Sequence record: NC_070650.1
Strand: one strand, 5' to 3'
Length of the DNA stretch: 64,000 nucleotides
A model generated the notes under the pieces. That model saw only the letters and a program-made list of their open reading frames with translations. It was not told the DNA's origin and searched no databases. This document shows positions 56,055-64,000 of the stretch, piece after piece. A program made the position numbers and the translations under genes. Every line of letters begins with the position of its first letter. Positions within the stretch are counted from its first letter, which is position 1.

Positions 56055-56693
56055 ATGGAAACTGGAAAAAGACAAACCATCATTATGGAAGCGGCGCTTG
56101 CCGATGGCGGAAAATTGCTGATGTTCGTCGATCGTCCGATTTACGACCATACCGATACTACGTTGAAAGGTGTGGGGGGTGATTTCTATTACTACGATAT
56201 GCACACCTGCCCCATCAACTGGTTGCGTGAGGTAAGGCAGATTGCGTATGTTACCCCAGAAGGTCAAGTAGAGATGGACCCTCACGGGGTATTGCATTTT
56301 GCTGGGGCAATCCACAATACCGAAGCCCCTGACGAATGCATGGAGCGCGATGACTATTACTTGGATATGGCGAATGAATATATCCAAAATGAAAAATTGG
56401 CGAATGACTTTCTTAATGTAGCTAGTGCAGCAGAATCCGATGAAAAAATACTCCAGCTATGGCTGCAGGTTATTTCCTCCGGATCAGCATTGACCTCCGT
56501 CGCCAAAAACCTTGTATCTCGCGATGAAACATTAGACCTGGTGGTGGGTAAAAGGGGATATACGTTGCATTATTCTGGATATTTGGGTGGATACCCGTGC
56601 ATAGAACGCGCCTCACCAGAAGCTTCTGAATTTGCGCGGGTGAAAGAAATAGCCGAATCTGAAATATTGCAGGCAGGGTGGCGGGGACAGTAA
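56055..56693 (+). CDS. Hypothetical protein, 212 aa
   Basis: Start moved to METG (GGAG RBS). Confidence 0.7.
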   Translation: METGKRQTIIMEAALADGGKLLMFVDRPIYDHTDTTLKGVGGDFYYYDMHTCPINWLREVRQIAYVTPEGQVEMDPHGVLHFAGAIHNTEAPDECMERDDYYLDMANEYIQNEKLANDFLNVASAAESDEKILQLWLQVISSGSALTSVAKNLVSRDETLDLVVGKRGYTLHYSGYLGGYPCIERASPEASEFARVKEIAESEILQAGWRGQ

Positions 56694-56694
56694 T

Positions 56695-57054
56695 GTGGAA
56701 AGTAAAGATTGGAAAATCAATGCGGGGAGCTATCAAGCAGACTGGTTGAAACTCCACAAAGGATTGAAAAAGCTAATCGACCCAGTCGCAAATATCTCGG
56801 TAGTGCGGTGGATTGCTTACGACACCACCAATGGCGGCCACATAACCAAAGGCCATGACTTGAACGCTAATACTAACATCTCTGATTTTTTCACCGTGCC
56901 TAACATCATCCCTAATCTATCCGACATCATTCGACACATCGACCAATCCGGCGGTGTTCGGGTACCGATGTGGAATGGTAGCATTAAAATGGATTTGGTT
57001 GTTCGGGTGACTTATGGCGCACAAAAAATCAAGAAAGGGAAACAAACAAAATGA
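56695..57054 (+). CDS. Hypothetical protein, ~119 aa
   Basis: ORF in operon. Confidence 0.6.
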   Translation: MESKDWKINAGSYQADWLKLHKGLKKLIDPVANISVVRWIAYDTTNGGHITKGHDLNANTNISDFFTVPNIIPNLSDIIRHIDQSGGVRVPMWNGSIKMDLVVRVTYGAQKIKKGKQTK

Positions 57055-57293
57055 TTGAATTAGAACCGAATGACCTGCAAGACATGAAAGATACGCTGAA
57101 TGACGTACTTCTCGATATGGGTCTTGACCCCGATAAATTCCTTGAACGTGCGACAAATATCGTATTAAATAAAGTCCCACTGCATATCGTCGCAACTGCC
57201 ATTGAATGGGGGTGGAACGATACGGTAGTGGGTGATGAACTGCTGGAATTCATGCGTGGTCAGAAACAAGCATTGATTTCCCCAGCCCATTAA
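57051..57293 (+). CDS. Acidic hypothetical protein, 80 aa
   Basis: ATGA overlap. Confidence 0.65.
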   Translation: MIELEPNDLQDMKDTLNDVLLDMGLDPDKFLERATNIVLNKVPLHIVATAIEWGWNDTVVGDELLEFMRGQKQALISPAH

Positions 57294-57310
57294 TAGTCTC
57301 GGACGATAGC

Positions 57311-57814
57311 ATGAAAAGAACCCGCGATATCAGGCATGTTCGGTTTAGAAAATGTCATAAAGTGGTACTCATCATTGGGGCTTTAGGTTTGGCCGGATGT
57401 GATGATAGTCCAACCACCCCATTTTCAACAATCAGCCAATGCCAACAAACCTACCAATATAGTGCAGCACAGTGCCGCTCTATTTATGGACAAGCAGTAG
57501 ACCGGGCTAAAATAGACGGTAAACAATACCGTAGTCGCCAAGACTGCTTGGATGACAACCGTAATGAAACAGACAAATACCAACGATGCCAATATACGGT
57601 ACACGGGTCTTCTCCACATTACTTTTACGTACCCAAGTATTATAGCTATCGTCCCGGGTCTTACGCACAGCCGTTTTACCGGTCCAGAAACAGCAGTGAA
57701 TTCACGTCGGCCACGGGTAAATCATTTACCTCAAAGTCAGGTGGGTTTAAAAGTACTAGCGTGCGTGGTGGGTTTGGCCGTTCAGTAAGTAGTCATGCTT
57801 CTTTTGGTGGATAA
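57311..57814 (+). CDS. DUF1190 (YgiB-like) lipoprotein
   Basis: LAGCD lipobox; paired Cys helices; C-terminal S.RGGFGRS.S. Confidence 0.75.
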   Translation: MKRTRDIRHVRFRKCHKVVLIIGALGLAGCDDSPTTPFSTISQCQQTYQYSAAQCRSIYGQAVDRAKIDGKQYRSRQDCLDDNRNETDKYQRCQYTVHGSSPHYFYVPKYYSYRPGSYAQPFYRSRNSSEFTSATGKSFTSKSGGFKSTSVRGGFGRSVSSHASFGG

Positions 57815-57818
57815 ACCG

Positions 57819-57844
57819 GTGGGGGCAATTGCCCCCACTTTATG
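57819..57844 (+). terminator. Hairpin followed by TATG
   Basis: GTGGGGGC-aatt-GCCCCCAC-TTTATG. Confidence 0.7.
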
Positions 57845-57857
57845 TTGAGGTAGTGTT

Positions 57858-58643
57858 ATGAGTATTCCAAAAATACACGCAGTTCTTGAGCAATTGGAGC
57901 ATGAGCACAACATCAGGATTTTATATGCGTGTGAGTTAGGTAGCCGTGTTTGGGGATTTTCTTCACCGAATAGCGATTACGATATTCGTTTCATTTATGT
58001 TCGTCGTCCTGAAGACTATCTGTTAATACAGCCAAAGAAAGACACCATCACAACGTTTGCTGAAAACAACACGTTAGACTTGGTGGGCTGGGATTTACGT
58101 AAAGTCCTCCATGAACTGTCTAAGAGTTCAATGGCTATCTTTGAATGGATTCATAGCCCCACCATATATCGTCGTTCCGATCTTCATGCCGATCTGGTAT
58201 TACAGTCCTCACAATGGTTCTCCAGTATTCGGGCAGAATACTACTATAAAAATCTAGTCAAAACAAATGTGGTCAGATACACTAACAATAAAGATGCAGT
58301 TATCTGGAAAAAGTATTTTACAGTAATACGTCTTATTTTGGCTGCAATGTGGATAGAGCAATACAAGGTGCCGCCCCCGTACTCCATCGATGCTTTATTG
58401 ACTATTTTACCTGAGGCTGAAAGTGACATGGTGGATGTCATCCAAGGGTTGGTCGTGGCTTTATCATCCAATCCGTACAATCACGTTCTTGTCGGCCCTG
58501 CAATCAAATCGATCCACGAGTTCACTGATAGATATCTAAATGGTCAGTTGGGCGGTACATATACCCTACCCGAGGTTATTCCGCACAACGTTGATATTAG
58601 TCAATTAGATGCCATTGCTGCAAAATACATACTGGAGAAATAA
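57858..58643 (+). CDS. Nucleotidyltransferase (DNA pol beta superfamily, YcgL-like)
   Basis: GSRVWGFSSPNSDYDIRF, DLVGWDLRK, KKYF motifs. Confidence 0.85.
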   Translation: MSIPKIHAVLEQLEHEHNIRILYACELGSRVWGFSSPNSDYDIRFIYVRRPEDYLLIQPKKDTITTFAENNTLDLVGWDLRKVLHELSKSSMAIFEWIHSPTIYRRSDLHADLVLQSSQWFSSIRAEYYYKNLVKTNVVRYTNNKDAVIWKKYFTVIRLILAAMWIEQYKVPPPYSIDALLTILPEAESDMVDVIQGLVVALSSNPYNHVLVGPAIKSIHEFTDRYLNGQLGGTYTLPEVIPHNVDISQLDAIAAKYILEK

Positions 58644-58645
58644 AA

Positions 58646-59164
58646 ATGTTCGACATTGGTGCTGGACAACATATTGCTTCTGGGCGAATGACCTTTACCG
58701 CAGATGCAGAAGAGATTGTGGAATACATTCGATTGGTTGTGGATTGGCCATACACCGAAAAATCTATGGCTAAATTAAAATCAAACCATCCGTTTTTTTC
58801 AGACCCCCATTCTAAAGTTCTATTTAGAACCAGTACAGCCATTCCATCGATAATCCCGACACATGCAAGAGACCTTACTTTACTTGCATCTGGCGAATGG
58901 CTGTTTCAATTTGTGGCGGTATCTCAGGCCACATTGGAAACATACGAATTATTTTTAGATTGGGTGCGACCACACCTTACTGCCGATAGTATCGAAACCC
59001 CATTAATTCGTTTCACCGATCTAAAACGTAATTTTTGGGGGACTAAATATAAGTGGCATCAGGTATTTATCTCTGGCACGGATATGATTGTAGAAAAGAA
59101 ATATTATCCGGTTGAAGATGATAGCTGGGAGCGGCCGTGGAATCTGTACATTAGTAATTATTGA
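58646..59164 (+). CDS. Hypothetical protein, 172 aa
   Basis: GGAG RBS. Confidence 0.7.
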   Translation: MFDIGAGQHIASGRMTFTADAEEIVEYIRLVVDWPYTEKSMAKLKSNHPFFSDPHSKVLFRTSTAIPSIIPTHARDLTLLASGEWLFQFVAVSQATLETYELFLDWVRPHLTADSIETPLIRFTDLKRNFWGTKYKWHQVFISGTDMIVEKKYYPVEDDSWERPWNLYISNY

Positions 59165-59177
59165 GGGGGATAAATAA

Positions 59178-59519
59178 ATGGGTATTATGGTGACTGAAAC
59201 TCAACGAAAGACAGAAATGTGTGTAAGGATGTATACTTTGAGCGCAGGTAAATTGGGGGAAATATTTGCTTTTTCCCGAGGTCTGGACGAATTGATATCA
59301 CCGATGGTATTTTACCATTTCCATCATTTCTTTCAAGCAAAGATATCGGATGCTGGATTATCTTCACGACTTAAGCATCCACTAAGAAAAGTAATACGTA
59401 TTCTGATACAGGAAGAAAGGTCTCGTGACCGACCAGATTATCTAGAGCATGAGATAGTTGTAGACGATCTTATTTTGCGATATAATTACAGAACAGTATC
59501 CGCGACACGATTTGTATAA
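59178..59519 (+). CDS. Hypothetical protein, 113 aa
   Basis: GAGGGGG RBS. Confidence 0.7.
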   Translation: MGIMVTETQRKTEMCVRMYTLSAGKLGEIFAFSRGLDELISPMVFYHFHHFFQAKISDAGLSSRLKHPLRKVIRILIQEERSRDRPDYLEHEIVVDDLILRYNYRTVSATRFV

Positions 59520-59600
59520 AGCGATGTGAAACAAACTAAAAAATCCCGGCATGAAATGTGGTACAGCAAACCCTGGGATTCGTTTGACTAGCGGCATATA

Positions 59601-59620
59601 GGGAGGGCAATTGCCCTCCC
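59601..59620. terminator. Bidirectional terminator
   Basis: GGGAGGGC-aatt-GCCCTCCC between convergent genes. Confidence 0.8.
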
Positions 59621-59639
59621 TCATTTATATTGGCTTTTT

Positions 59640-60080
59640 TTATTTCAGTGCATGTACTGTTTTGCCATTGCTATTGACAATGTAGAGTTCATCGCCCGGG
59701 TAAAAGAACTCATAATCCACAGTACATTCTTCAGGGCCGTTGATATGGGTCACTAATACCCCGATGGCGTCAGTAACCTCGTTGATGCCTGGGGATGCAC
59801 CTAACAGCACCGTTTCTTTACCATATACGTTGTCGCGATATACGGTAACACCAGAAATCTGAAATGATTCCATACCACCCAACTCAACCGTCTCACCCTG
59901 AACTTCACGGACTGATTCTGCTGTCCGTAGAATTTCATCAAAATCGTCTGGGTCAGTAGGATTTTTGGTGTAGTTAATGGCTTCGTTGTAGGCTTTCCCA
60001 TTTCGGGTGCCAATGGTAATGTCTTCATCGTGTTCTGATAAATGGATATCACCATTGATAATGCGTTTTACTGTTAACAT
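59640..60080 (-). CDS. Hypothetical protein, 146 aa
   Basis: AGGA RBS on the minus strand; C-terminal YIVNSNGKTV. Confidence 0.7.
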   Translation of the reverse strand: MLTVKRIINGDIHLSEHDEDITIGTRNGKAYNEAINYTKNPTDPDDFDEILRTAESVREVQGETVELGGMESFQISGVTVYRDNVYGKETVLLGASPGINEVTDAIGVLVTHINGPEECTVDYEFFYPGDELYIVNSNGKTVHALK

Positions 60081-60232
60081 AGTTTATATTCCTGTTGCTA
60101 TTAATAGTGCTAGTAGTGGTGAGTTGTGGCAATAAACCACATAGTATTGTGTGGTTTTAATGATGGAGTTATTTTTTACTGGGTTGTGGTATCACATGAC
60201 ATATCCAACATTCCTCTGAGGGGAGCACTAAC

Positions 60233-61027
60233 ATGTCTCTTATTTCTTATGTTGTTGATTTTTTCACTCCAGCGTCGGTTAAGAAAAGACGTGCAGATGC
60301 CGAATTACGCCGCGACACTTATTCCATTTTGGAAAGTATTAAGTTTCTATGTGGGGTTGCTATCGGTAAGGCTAAACGAGATGGTGGTTTGGTTTATGCG
60401 GCTTGGGATGAAACCCACGGCACTATACATTCCAGAGGTATGTTTACCGAAATAGAACCGGGGGTTATTCTGGTGACACAAACAGCTGGTTCGGTTGATG
60501 GTGTGCTGGACCAACACACACTTAGGGAAACCCTAAAACAATACGCGGCTGGGTTTGACCGTTATATGTTTCAACAATTTCCAGGGCTCGCACCGCTGTA
60601 CATAACTGGGGTTTTCGGCGAATATAATGCCCAAACGGTGGGATACATCATCGACCTCGATAAACGCCAGGCCTTCTTCAAGCGCGCACCAAACAAAGGA
60701 TTGCAGGTATCGGTGCGTCGGGCACATATCGCCGCCCTGTTAAAACAGATTAGGGGGTGCAAGACACCTCTCCCATTTATGTTGGAAGTATGTTCAGTAA
60801 GTGGCCTCTCCCAGAGAACAGCATTTTGCTACACTGACGATACACTGCCCTACTGTGACGCTCAGGCTACAGAGCGCGTCCTGACGCAGTATATTGCTGA
60901 CCTACACCCCAATGACGTTCTGGTAGGTACTACCCATGCGCGTGATCATCATGGGGAACTTTGGAGATTTACTCTCAGACCGAGATATAACGCCATATTA
61001 ACCGATACCTCAACGCATTGTGATTGA
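60233..61027 (+). CDS. Hypothetical protein, 264 aa
   Basis: GGGGAG RBS. Confidence 0.75.
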   Translation: MSLISYVVDFFTPASVKKRRADAELRRDTYSILESIKFLCGVAIGKAKRDGGLVYAAWDETHGTIHSRGMFTEIEPGVILVTQTAGSVDGVLDQHTLRETLKQYAAGFDRYMFQQFPGLAPLYITGVFGEYNAQTVGYIIDLDKRQAFFKRAPNKGLQVSVRRAHIAALLKQIRGCKTPLPFMLEVCSVSGLSQRTAFCYTDDTLPYCDAQATERVLTQYIADLHPNDVLVGTTHARDHHGELWRFTLRPRYNAILTDTSTHCD

Positions 61028-61042
61028 AAATAATTATGCGGC

Positions 61043-61050
61043 TATATTAC
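61043..61050 (+). promoter_or_regulatory. Early-promoter-like motif TATATTAC
   Basis: Upstream GAAAATAAT; precedes the 61083 gene. Confidence 0.6.
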
Positions 61051-61082
61051 TGTAATGATAACCAGTAATGAGGTATAGCCCC

Positions 61083-61328
61083 ATGAGTAACCAAAATTAT
61101 TTTCCGTGGATGCAATCTAAAGTCGCTAAATTATATCCCGTTCTTACCGCAAAACAAGTAAGGCATATTTGCAATATTATCACCAACTACCTCAGATCCT
61201 TTAAAGGAGACATCTGGGGAGTGGATGTGGCAAATATGCCGTTCAATCAAAATGACCCTGGTTACTTTTCCTATCATGAAGTATTAGGGTGCGAAGTTGT
61301 TGTGTTTATAAGAATAACGGTGGATTAA
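61083..61328 (+). CDS. Hypothetical protein, 81 aa
   Basis: Start moved to MSNQ (GAGGT RBS). Confidence 0.65.
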   Translation: MSNQNYFPWMQSKVAKLYPVLTAKQVRHICNIITNYLRSFKGDIWGVDVANMPFNQNDPGYFSYHEVLGCEVVVFIRITVD

Positions 61329-61330
61329 AG

Positions 61331-61930
61331 ATGGATGCTATCACGGAATTAAAAATTGAATATTTCTTTATGGGTTTGGTAAAGGAATATCGTAGAACAT
61401 TCAAACCGTGTAGTGACCCCTCATGGAGGCAGATTTCTGTATGGCAGTACGCCCCTCACCTGAAACCTAGTCGAGCGTGGGAGCGTAGTCTGGCAGAAAT
61501 GAACGGCGTGTGCTGGAACGACCCATGGCATACTGGGGTTTGTTTGCCGATAGCCTTGTTTGCCAAGGCTTGGTTTAAAGATGTTTTGGGATTGTCCGCC
61601 GAACTCTGCGCAATTAAAACCAGAATGGATTTATGTGGGATTATATTACCCAACATGCCCTGGTCATTTTTACATGCGGTGATTAAATGTAATGGGCGGT
61701 TTTATGACACTTTCATCCCCCGGGGAACAACGTCATTTAAAAAAGTCTATGGTGGAAATGTAGCCCATCAAGGTATGTCGTCCAAAATAGTACCGCACAG
61801 TCATGCTGAGTTTAATGTAGGCCAGATGAAATCCATATTCCAAGATTTTATTTTACCGATGAAACAGAAGATGTATCCGGAAAATACTGCAGGTGCTGAA
61901 TTCCAATCCATATTTAAGGAACTATTATGA
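61331..61930 (+). CDS. Hypothetical protein, 199 aa
   Basis: Start moved to MDAI; GVC...H...YD pattern is weakly papain-fold-like. Confidence 0.65.
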   Translation: MDAITELKIEYFFMGLVKEYRRTFKPCSDPSWRQISVWQYAPHLKPSRAWERSLAEMNGVCWNDPWHTGVCLPIALFAKAWFKDVLGLSAELCAIKTRMDLCGIILPNMPWSFLHAVIKCNGRFYDTFIPRGTTSFKKVYGGNVAHQGMSSKIVPHSHAEFNVGQMKSIFQDFILPMKQKMYPENTAGAEFQSIFKELL

Positions 61931-62235
61931 CTAACAAACGCAGTGTTTCTCTCGAAACATCCATCCAACTTAGAAAGGCTATCAATACAAGCATTGACTC
62001 AATTAAACAAGAAGTGTTGGAATTAGAAACTGAACATAAAAAAGAAACATTCCTGCATTATGAAATAATGGGAAATAAATTACACTTGGTTTCGGAACAG
62101 ATAAAACAATTAAAAAAGATACTCATATGGGAAGGACACCTCAATGGAATGACTAACAAAAAGTTAGCTGAAATTTTTCAATATTCCCCGGCTAGAATAT
62201 GTCAGATTTTGAAAGAGGTCAAGGGTCAAAAATGA
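61927..62235 (+). CDS. HTH DNA-binding protein, 102 aa
   Basis: C-terminal MTNKKLAEIFQYSPARICQILK. Confidence 0.7.
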   Translation: MTNKRSVSLETSIQLRKAINTSIDSIKQEVLELETEHKKETFLHYEIMGNKLHLVSEQIKQLKKILIWEGHLNGMTNKKLAEIFQYSPARICQILKEVKGQK

Positions 62236-62510
62236 TCGAATGGTTCTTTTTAAAAACGTATATTTCTGAGGCGTACCAGGCAATCAGAAAGTGGTTTCGC
62301 AAAGATACTAAAGTAAAGAATATCTTTGCCCACAGTGCAAATGGCGAGTTATGTCGTCATTGCCATCAACCGATGTACACTAAGCAGGGTATTATAAAAA
62401 CCCCGGCCTCTGGAAAAATCCATCAGGCCTGTTACTCTGGTTTTCTTGAGGGCTATGTCGATGAGATAATAGCTAAACGTAAAGAAAAGGAAAAGACAAA
62501 TGCCGATTAA
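62232..62510 (+). CDS. Small Cys/His protein, 92 aa
   Basis: CRHC...HQAC; ATGA overlap. Confidence 0.65.
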   Translation: MIEWFFLKTYISEAYQAIRKWFRKDTKVKNIFAHSANGELCRHCHQPMYTKQGIIKTPASGKIHQACYSGFLEGYVDEIIAKRKEKEKTNAD

Positions 62511-62688
62511 ACTAACTGGGTGTAATTTTACTGGGAATGACACCAATTCAATCAATATGACTCTTCCTGCAGGAACCAAGATCAAGTGCGATTCTTGCGG
62601 CAAAACAACCACGGTTGAAAAAGGAGGAACTACAGACGTCAGATGTGCTGAATGCCAATCCACCAATGTTACTGTCACCACTCCATGA
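62500..62688 (+). CDS. Zn-ribbon protein, 62 aa
   Basis: CDSCG...CAEC. Confidence 0.7.
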   Translation: MPIKLTGCNFTGNDTNSINMTLPAGTKIKCDSCGKTTTVEKGGTTDVRCAECQSTNVTVTTP

Positions 62689-62695
62689 GGTATTT

Positions 62696-63001
62696 ATGCC
62701 AAACCTTAAATTAGCGGGATGTCATGTTAGTCTCTATGACTACGACCATACTGGGCATCCACAAAAATACATGAAATCACTGGGTATCGATGTTGGGCTT
62801 GCCGTACCTCAAAGCCTGTACGATTCATGGTGGTTTTTCATGTGCAGCAATGTACCCGATCCACTGCCGGAATACATCACCGAAATGAAACCATTCAACC
62901 CATTGGATTATGTTGGGTACGGGTTGTCTCAAGAAGATGCCGAAAAGATAACCAGTTGGATGGTTGAAAATCAAATCGAAGTGCCGCCAAGAAAAGCGTA
63001 A
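62696..63001 (+). CDS. Hypothetical protein, 101 aa
   Basis: Start moved to MPNL (GAGGT RBS). Confidence 0.7.
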   Translation: MPNLKLAGCHVSLYDYDHTGHPQKYMKSLGIDVGLAVPQSLYDSWWFFMCSNVPDPLPEYITEMKPFNPLDYVGYGLSQEDAEKITSWMVENQIEVPPRKA

Positions 63002-63079
63002 TTACCCATCGCGGTGTAATAACCCATAAGCCACTCCATTATCGGTTTGTTGGCTTCTACCTATAGAGGAAAGAAAATC

Positions 63080-63742
63080 ATGTTGAATTTAAACGATGTA
63101 CTGCCAGATACCCCAGTCCGTTCTGATTACGACAAATATAAAAACGGCAAAGATTTGCATTTATCCGGTTTCCCGTCCCCGCTGGACCGGACTATTAATG
63201 ATCCACTTTACTTCATTTCAGCGGATATCGCTTTACGCTATTTCAAAGCCATCGCCACTCGGTTTGACTACGACCCGGTACACACTGCCGAACACGTCAC
63301 CAAAAGCCTGCAGGTTGAGTTTCTGAAGTACGCCCGCCGGGTGGGTTGGTGGACTGCCCATGTGTGCGGTGGCATGATTGTGTTGGAAGCCCGTATTGAG
63401 CATAACGGGAAGCGGGTGGCCGTGTATCCAGAAACCTTACGCCAGACCAAGGTGTATCGCGGGTTAACTGTAAGTTTGACTGGTTCTGGTAGCTCTTCGT
63501 TGCATGAACTCATCACCGCAGGCGATTTCCATAAATATATTTATCCAGAAGGTTCCTTTATTCTGGGTATCAATAATACAGCCTGTAATGGCGAAGTACT
63601 CGGTAACCGAGACGGGTTGTGGACCAACGGCCGCGATTGTGTGGAGTTCGATTTGGCCGCAGGTAATTTTGGCTGGAATGTTTCCGCTGATAGGGTAGTA
63701 GAACTGACCTTTGATCTGTTGATTGATGGACAAGTGGAGTAA
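63080..63742 (+). CDS. Hypothetical protein, 220 aa
   Basis: Start moved to MLNL (GAGGA RBS). Confidence 0.7.
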   Translation: MLNLNDVLPDTPVRSDYDKYKNGKDLHLSGFPSPLDRTINDPLYFISADIALRYFKAIATRFDYDPVHTAEHVTKSLQVEFLKYARRVGWWTAHVCGGMIVLEARIEHNGKRVAVYPETLRQTKVYRGLTVSLTGSGSSSLHELITAGDFHKYIYPEGSFILGINNTACNGEVLGNRDGLWTNGRDCVEFDLAAGNFGWNVSADRVVELTFDLLIDGQVE

Positions 63743-63747
63743 AAAGC

Positions 63748-64000
63748 ATGACGACATTATCGGTAGTAATTGGACGCTTCGGCGTACCTAATCGCAATGG
63801 GCGTATTTTCAAAATCGATGAAGCTTCTCTTCGGTCTCGCCTGGATGAGTTGGTAGGTAAGACCATCGGGGAAGTTAGTCAAAATGAAATCTCTCAAGAG
63901 ATGGCGCAATTAGGTGATTTCGCTGACGCAATATGTAGGGCGGAAACGGTGGATGTTTCTAAAGGTGCTGGGATTTTGACCGGCTACCAAATTGACTGTG
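63748..64000 (+). CDS. 5' part of a hypothetical protein with a PNRNGRIF motif (partial)
   Basis: GGAG RBS; open to the window edge: MTTLSVVIGRFGVPNRNGRIFK...IGE; N.NGR.(Y/F) recalls prohead-protease-like families. Confidence 0.6.
   Translation, partial: MTTLSVVIGRFGVPNRNGRIFKIDEASLRSRLDELVGKTIGEVSQNEISQEMAQLGDFADAICRAETVDVSKGAGILTGYQIDC

Noticed and set aside
23314-59620. Recurring GGGAGGG/CCCTCCC hairpins as a CRISPR array or MITE/REP family
   Set aside because: They are dispersed singly at gene ends with no regular spacers; best explained as terminators
202-63866. Many antisense or out-of-frame ORFs in the track (e.g. 202-615, 1241-1843, 38152-38550, 41877-42293, 50097-50429, 60126-60455)
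   Set aside because: They are shadows of longer genes that have RBSs and recognisable motifs; they have no independent support

Overview
This 64 kb window looks like a segment of a phiKZ-like, nucleus-forming-type jumbo myophage genome. The family assignment is inferred from gene order, the TerL type, TATATTAC/TATG promoter motifs and an S-x-E head-protein motif. The host is probably a capsulated enterobacterium (inference). Left (1-13.9 kb): virion genes and a large terminase interrupted in its Walker A motif by a class-3-type intein with an atypical Asp1, then a very hairpin-rich intergenic region and mixed hypothetical genes. Middle (14-33.6 kb): seven tailspike/depolymerase-like receptor-binding proteins (RBPs) sharing an N-terminal anchor, interleaved with five paralogous adaptor-like genes. 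This array carries recombination-like signatures: a perfect 32-bp inverted repeat, a perfect 27-bp direct repeat and an inverted tailspike gene fragment. A solo, catalytically intact tnpB with an omegaRNA-like 3' region follows directly behind a phage early-promoter motif. Right (35-64 kb): a dense run of small early/accessory genes including thyA, a DEDDh exonuclease, an HD protein, a nucleotidyltransferase, DUF1190/DUF1353-like genes and three ADP-ribosyltransferase-like genes. Three unrelated proteins end in the same C-terminal G-S-x-x-W motif encoded with different codons, a candidate undescribed sorting signal. All family calls come from motif recognition by eye; no database searches were run. 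Several starts were moved from the ORF track to downstream ATGs that have a ribosome-binding site (RBS).
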